Of a DNA stretch of 64,000 nt, positions 60,051 through 64,000 are shown piece by piece (the stretch's first letter is position 1; every line of letters starts with the position of its first letter). Both the position numbers and the translations under genes were made by a program. Source of the stretch: Desulfobacterales bacterium (lineage in GTDB: Bacteria > Desulfobacterota > Desulfobacteria > Desulfobacterales > UBA5852); NCBI GenBank assembly GCA_963674755.2, contig CAXXVS010000001.1, forward strand, positions 1,120,001 to 1,184,000, written 5' to 3'. The notes beneath the pieces were generated by a model that searched no databases, was not told where the DNA came from, and saw only the letters and a list, made by a program, of their open reading frames with translations.

Positions 60051-60989
60051 TTAGCGTTTTTCGACCGCCCGCAGACGCGTGCTGCGGGCCATCGGGTTGG
60101 CGGCGACTTCTTCCGCCGTGGGGCGCACCACCCGGCGGGTCAATAGCGTTACCAAGGCCTGTCCGCCGCAAGTACAAAACGGCGCCTTGGGGGGACAGGT
60201 GCAGGCGCGGGCCATTTCCCGGAAGGTTTGCTTGACGATCCGATCTTCCAGGGAATGGAAGGCCAGCACACACAGCCGACCGCCGGGGTTGAGGCAATCC
60301 ACGGCCCGGGGCAGGGTGCGCTGCAGACGATCCAATTCGTGGTTGACGGTGATCCGCAGGGCCTGAAACACGCGGGTGGCCGGGTGAATCTTCTGGCTCC
60401 GGGCAGCGGCCGGCGGCATGGATCGGTAAATCAGATCCGCCAGGGCCTTGCTGCTTGTCAGCGGTTGCCGCGCCCGCTCCCGTACGATGGCGCGGGCGAT
60501 GGACCGCGCGTGGCGCTCTTCACCATAGTCGCGGAAGATGCGCATCAGATCATCCACCTCCCAGTGGTTCACGATATCGGCGGCCGTCAAATCGGCTTCG
60601 GCATTCATGCGCATGTCCAGCGGTTCATCGCGTTTGAAGCTGAACCCGCGCCCGCTGTCCTCGATCTGATGCAGGGAGAGGCCCAGGTCCAGGAGGATGC
60701 CGTCCACACCCTTGATACCCAAATCGTAGAGAATCCGGTCGAGGTGGCTGAAATTGTCGTGGTGTAGGGAAAGCCGCGGGCAAACGGGGGCCAGGACTTC
60801 ACGGGCGTGCCGGATGGCATCCAGATCCTGGTCGATGCCGATCAGCAGGCCGTCGGGCTGAATGTGGGTGCAGATCAAGCGGGAATGCCCTGCGCCGCCG
60901 ACGGTACCGTCCAGGTAAATGCCGCCGGGGCTCAGACTGAGATAGTGCGCCACCTCGGCCGGCATGCAGGAGATGTGGTAATCGGCCAT
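60051..60989 (-). CDS. rsmH: 16S rRNA m4C1402 methyltransferase
   Basis: Motifs DGTVGGAGHS, LDMRM, HPATRVFQALRI and FHSLEDR. Confidence 0.96.
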   Translation of the reverse strand: MADYHISCMPAEVAHYLSLSPGGIYLDGTVGGAGHSRLICTHIQPDGLLIGIDQDLDAIRHAREVLAPVCPRLSLHHDNFSHLDRILYDLGIKGVDGILLDLGLSLHQIEDSGRGFSFKRDEPLDMRMNAEADLTAADIVNHWEVDDLMRIFRDYGEERHARSIARAIVRERARQPLTSSKALADLIYRSMPPAAARSQKIHPATRVFQALRITVNHELDRLQRTLPRAVDCLNPGGRLCVLAFHSLEDRIVKQTFREMARACTCPPKAPFCTCGGQALVTLLTRRVVRPTAEEVAANPMARSTRLRAVEKR

Positions 60990-60993
60990 ACCA

Positions 60994-61440
60994 TCAAAGT
61001 CCTAGATCGGCGATTTCGTTCCTGACCTCCTCATTTTTCAGATCGATTTCCAGGGCCTGTTTTTCAGCTTCCCAGGTATCGCGGGCCCAGATTTCAAAAT
61101 GATCCAATACGCCCACCAGGACGATGTCCCTTTCAAAACCGGCACCTTCCCGGAGCGTGGGTGGAATCAGAATACGCTCTTGCTTGTCGCAGGCACATTC
61201 GTGCGCGCCCCCGATGAACACCCGGCGGAAGCGCCGCATGCTATCGCTTCTGCGGGCCATGTCCATCAGGCGGTTTTCAATTTCCCGCCATGCGTCCAGC
61301 GGATAGGCCACCAGGCAGCCGTCCATAGTGGAGACCATCACCCGATCGCCGCCCCCGGCCCGGATGAGATCCCGGAAGCGGGCGGGGATGATGACGCGCC
61401 CTTTGTCGTCCATCGTATGGAAGGAACTGCCGCGAAACAT
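60994..61440 (-). CDS. mraZ: Transcriptional regulator MraZ
   Basis: Two AbrB-like repeats, DDKGRVIIP and DKQERILIP. Confidence 0.95.
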   Translation of the reverse strand: MFRGSSFHTMDDKGRVIIPARFRDLIRAGGGDRVMVSTMDGCLVAYPLDAWREIENRLMDMARRSDSMRRFRRVFIGGAHECACDKQERILIPPTLREGAGFERDIVLVGVLDHFEIWARDTWEAEKQALEIDLKNEEVRNEIADLGL

Positions 61441-61453
61441 AAGGCTTCCTTTG

Positions 61454-61469
61454 CACCACTTTACTCCAC
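61454..61469 (-). promoter_or_regulatory. Candidate MraZ-binding direct repeats
   Basis: Minus strand GTGGAG-taaa-GTGGTG just upstream of mraZ; a second array GTGGAG-gata-GTGGAG lies on the + strand at 61587-61602. Confidence 0.55.
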
Positions 61470-61836
61470 TCTGGTCATGATATGGAATGAAATATGTTGA
61501 AAGTCAAGAAAAAACGAGGCTTATGTATGATTAATTTTATAATAATTTGATAATGTTAAAAGGAAAAATTGTCAAACCAATATGCCGTGGAGGATAGTGG
61601 AGGATAGTTTGGGAACGTCATCCCCTATCGACCTTGGTTCCGGCAGGCTGCAGGGGTCACAAGGCTTGACTTTTTAGGCCCGCCACTTCTAAAGGATCGA
61701 ATACAGGCCCCCCATCGGGCGGCGCCGACTTTCCAGGGCATGAACCAAGATTTTCAAATCCGGCCTGGCTGTGCGCGTGGAAGAGGGCCGACATTTGGGA
61801 ACATCAATCAGAAGCGAGACGGGCAGGCCCTTCATC

Positions 61837-62514
61837 ATGGACAGGCATCCGGTGGATAATTCCATTCCTGATACGGCACCGGCCGTCGTGCGGGCCCGCG
61901 AGACGGCCGTCCGTCTTTTGGACGGGGATCGCGGGAGCCATGATTGGGAGCACACCTTGCGGGTCTATCATCTTTGTCGGGATATCGGTCCGTCGGAAGG
62001 GGCTGACATGGAGGTGCTGCTGGTGGCGGCCCTGCTGCACGATATCGGGCGCCGCCATCAGGACAACAGCCGGGGGAGCGTCTGCCACGCCGAACAGGGG
62101 GCGGCCATGGCCGCCGAACTCGTGGCGGCGTTCCCTCTGACCGACGACCAGAAAGCCAATGTGGTGCATTGTGTGCAGGCCCACCGCTTTCGCAAAGCAC
62201 CCCAGCCGGGTACCATCGAAGCGCGGGTGCTCTTCGATGCCGACAAACTGGATGCCATCGGAGCGGTGGGCATCGCCCGGGCCTACCAATTCGCCGGCGA
62301 GCTGGGGGCCCGCCTGCACAACCCCAACCACGACGTGCGCCACACCCGGGCCTACTCCCGGGAAGACACCGGCTACCGGGAATACCAGGTGAAGCTTCGC
62401 CATATCAGGGACCGCATGCTGACCGCGACAGGTCGCCGGGTGGCAGAGGGGCGGCATCGCTTCATGGTGCAATTCTTCGACCGTTTTTTAGAAGAAATCG
62501 AGGGGCGTCTCTGA
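61837..62514 (+). CDS. HD-domain hydrolase (YedJ-like)
   Basis: Motifs SHDWEH..RV, LLHDI, AH and DADKLDAIGAVG.AR. Confidence 0.9.
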   Translation: MDRHPVDNSIPDTAPAVVRARETAVRLLDGDRGSHDWEHTLRVYHLCRDIGPSEGADMEVLLVAALLHDIGRRHQDNSRGSVCHAEQGAAMAAELVAAFPLTDDQKANVVHCVQAHRFRKAPQPGTIEARVLFDADKLDAIGAVGIARAYQFAGELGARLHNPNHDVRHTRAYSREDTGYREYQVKLRHIRDRMLTATGRRVAEGRHRFMVQFFDRFLEEIEGRL

Positions 62515-62728
62515 GCGTCGATCCCTGTCAAGACATTTTGCCTCGTCAAACGAAATGTGGTAGGAAGGCCCACGTCGACCGGATTGCTTCGACGCTAATG
62601 GTTGCGGTTCGTCCTCGTATCCCACAGGCACCGAACCGCCGCCGTATTCCCCGCGCTCAATTCCACGGGCCGAAGACCCCTCCGTTTGCGGCCCGCTTCC
62701 AACGACCGGCAACGAAAGTGAAGACGTC

Positions 62729-63412
62729 ATGAGCATCAACACCGTGGAACGCATTGATGACCAGGTCCCTGTCCGCCATGTGCTGATCAGCGTATCCGAC
62801 AAAACCGGGCTGGAAACGTTTATTCCCGCACTGCTCAAGGCCTGTCCCGGGCTGCGCATCTTTTCGACGGGCGGCACTTACGGCAGGATCCAATCCATTT
62901 TGGGCGGCGATGCCGCCGATCACCTGACCCAGGTGTCGGATTACACCGGGCAGCCCGAAACCCAGGGCGGCCTGGTCAAGACCTTGGATTTCAAGATCTA
63001 TCTGGGGCTTCTGACCGAGACCTACAACGAGGCCCACCAAGGTGACCTGAAACGGACCGCGGCCGTGCCCATCGACATGGTGGTGGTCAACCTTTACCCT
63101 TTTCAGCAGACCGTCGCCCAGGCCGGGGTTACGGTGGAGGGCGCCCGGGGACAAATCGACATCGGAGGGCCCTGCATGATCCGCGCCGCCGCCAAGAACT
63201 TCATCCGGGTGGCCTCGGTGGTGGATCCGGGCGATTACGAGCGAATCGCCGGGGAACTGGGCCGCAATGACGGCCGGACATCTCTGGCGTTGCGCTTTGC
63301 CCTGGCCCAAAAGGCATTTGACCACACCGCCGTCTATGACCGCGCCATTGCCGATTACCTGGGAGCGCGCACGGCCCAAGACGCTGCCGGATGCTACCGG
63401 TTTCAGGACTAA
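62729..63412 (+). CDS. Stand-alone N-terminal (IMP cyclohydrolase/MGS-like) domain of PurH
   Basis: Motifs LISVSDKTG, STGGT, VSDYTG.PE..GG.VKTL, VVVNLYPF and IDIGGP.MIRAAAKN; stop codon at 63410-63412. Confidence 0.88.
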   Translation: MSINTVERIDDQVPVRHVLISVSDKTGLETFIPALLKACPGLRIFSTGGTYGRIQSILGGDAADHLTQVSDYTGQPETQGGLVKTLDFKIYLGLLTETYNEAHQGDLKRTAAVPIDMVVVNLYPFQQTVAQAGVTVEGARGQIDIGGPCMIRAAAKNFIRVASVVDPGDYERIAGELGRNDGRTSLALRFALAQKAFDHTAVYDRAIADYLGARTAQDAAGCYRFQD

Positions 63413-63500
63413 GCCCCCCAACGGCGCCTTGCCATAACAGGCGACGGCGTGACGACAGGCGTGGCTGCCGACCAGCGACGATTGCGAAAGGAGTACGACC

Positions 63501-64000
63501 ATGGCCGAAGATCTCAAAAAAATGTACCGCACCATCGTCAAAGACCACTTCCCGCCGCGTATGGAGATCGCCTTTGTGGATGAGGGCGATCAGCGGCAGA
63601 CGCTTTTTTACGAACGCGTCTCCTGGACCATCGACGGGGAAGCCAAGGGGCTGCGCTACGGTGAAAATCCGGGACAAGAAGCAGCCCTTTACCGCCTGGT
63701 AAACGGGAACCTGGCCCTGGCCGGCACCCGCACCATCCAGCCCGGCCGCTATCTGGCTTCGGACATCGAACTGCTCCAGTCCGGCAAGCACCCGGGCAAA
63801 ACCAACCTGACCGATGCGGACAATGCCCTCAATATCCTGCGTTATTTTGCCGACACCCCCACATCCGTGATCGTTAAGCATAACAACCCCTGCGGGGTGG
63901 CCCAAGCCGACAGCCTGGCGGACGCCTACCACCGGGCCTACATGGCCGACCGGGTGGCGGCTTTCGGCGGGTGCATCGCCCTCAACCGCCCGATGGATAA
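63501..64000 (+). CDS. PurH C-terminal (AICAR transformylase-like) protein, truncated by the window edge
   Basis: Not in the ORF track. AAGGAG RBS and ATG 63501, then GLRYGENPGQEAALY, KHNNPCGVA and ADRVAAFGG. Confidence 0.88.
   Translation, partial: MAEDLKKMYRTIVKDHFPPRMEIAFVDEGDQRQTLFYERVSWTIDGEAKGLRYGENPGQEAALYRLVNGNLALAGTRTIQPGRYLASDIELLQSGKHPGKTNLTDADNALNILRYFADTPTSVIVKHNNPCGVAQADSLADAYHRAYMADRVAAFGGCIALNRPMD

Overview
GC-rich bacterial chromosomal window, probably from an anaerobic Desulfobacterota/deltaproteobacterial lineage (inferred from the cytochrome c3-linked Rnf cluster, CarD, DUF1844 and split PurH). About 20-64 kb is mostly housekeeping: an ABC-F ATPase, an mlaEFDC (MCE) operon, serA-DUF1844-ispE-tRNA-Gln-prs-rplY-pth-hppA, carD-rluD, a cytochrome-rnfCDGEAB cluster, a radical SAM gene, the dcw cluster (mraZ to ftsZ), an HD hydrolase and a split purH. 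The first ~20 kb is more accessory. It holds a secreted protein/lipoprotein/Ser-Thr kinase operon, ppdK and a long-Q-loop cydABX. An AT-richer island follows, with two HicAB pairs and a HEPN-like gene bounded by integron attC-like sites but no integrase in the window. After a YeeE pair, a DUF6909/nucleosidase-like gene and an atypical ECF transporter are bracketed by two copies of a highly structured ~230-260 bp repeat. The best candidates for undescribed biology are (i) MlaF fused to a degenerate GGDEF domain that keeps the RxxD c-di-GMP site, (ii) the repeat-bracketed DUF6909 + single-site ECF module, (iii) the orphan attC cassette and (iv) an Rnf whose RnfC lost its flavin/NAD motifs while RnfB gained a GltD/NfnB-like domain. 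All family calls come from motif recognition by eye; no database searches were run.
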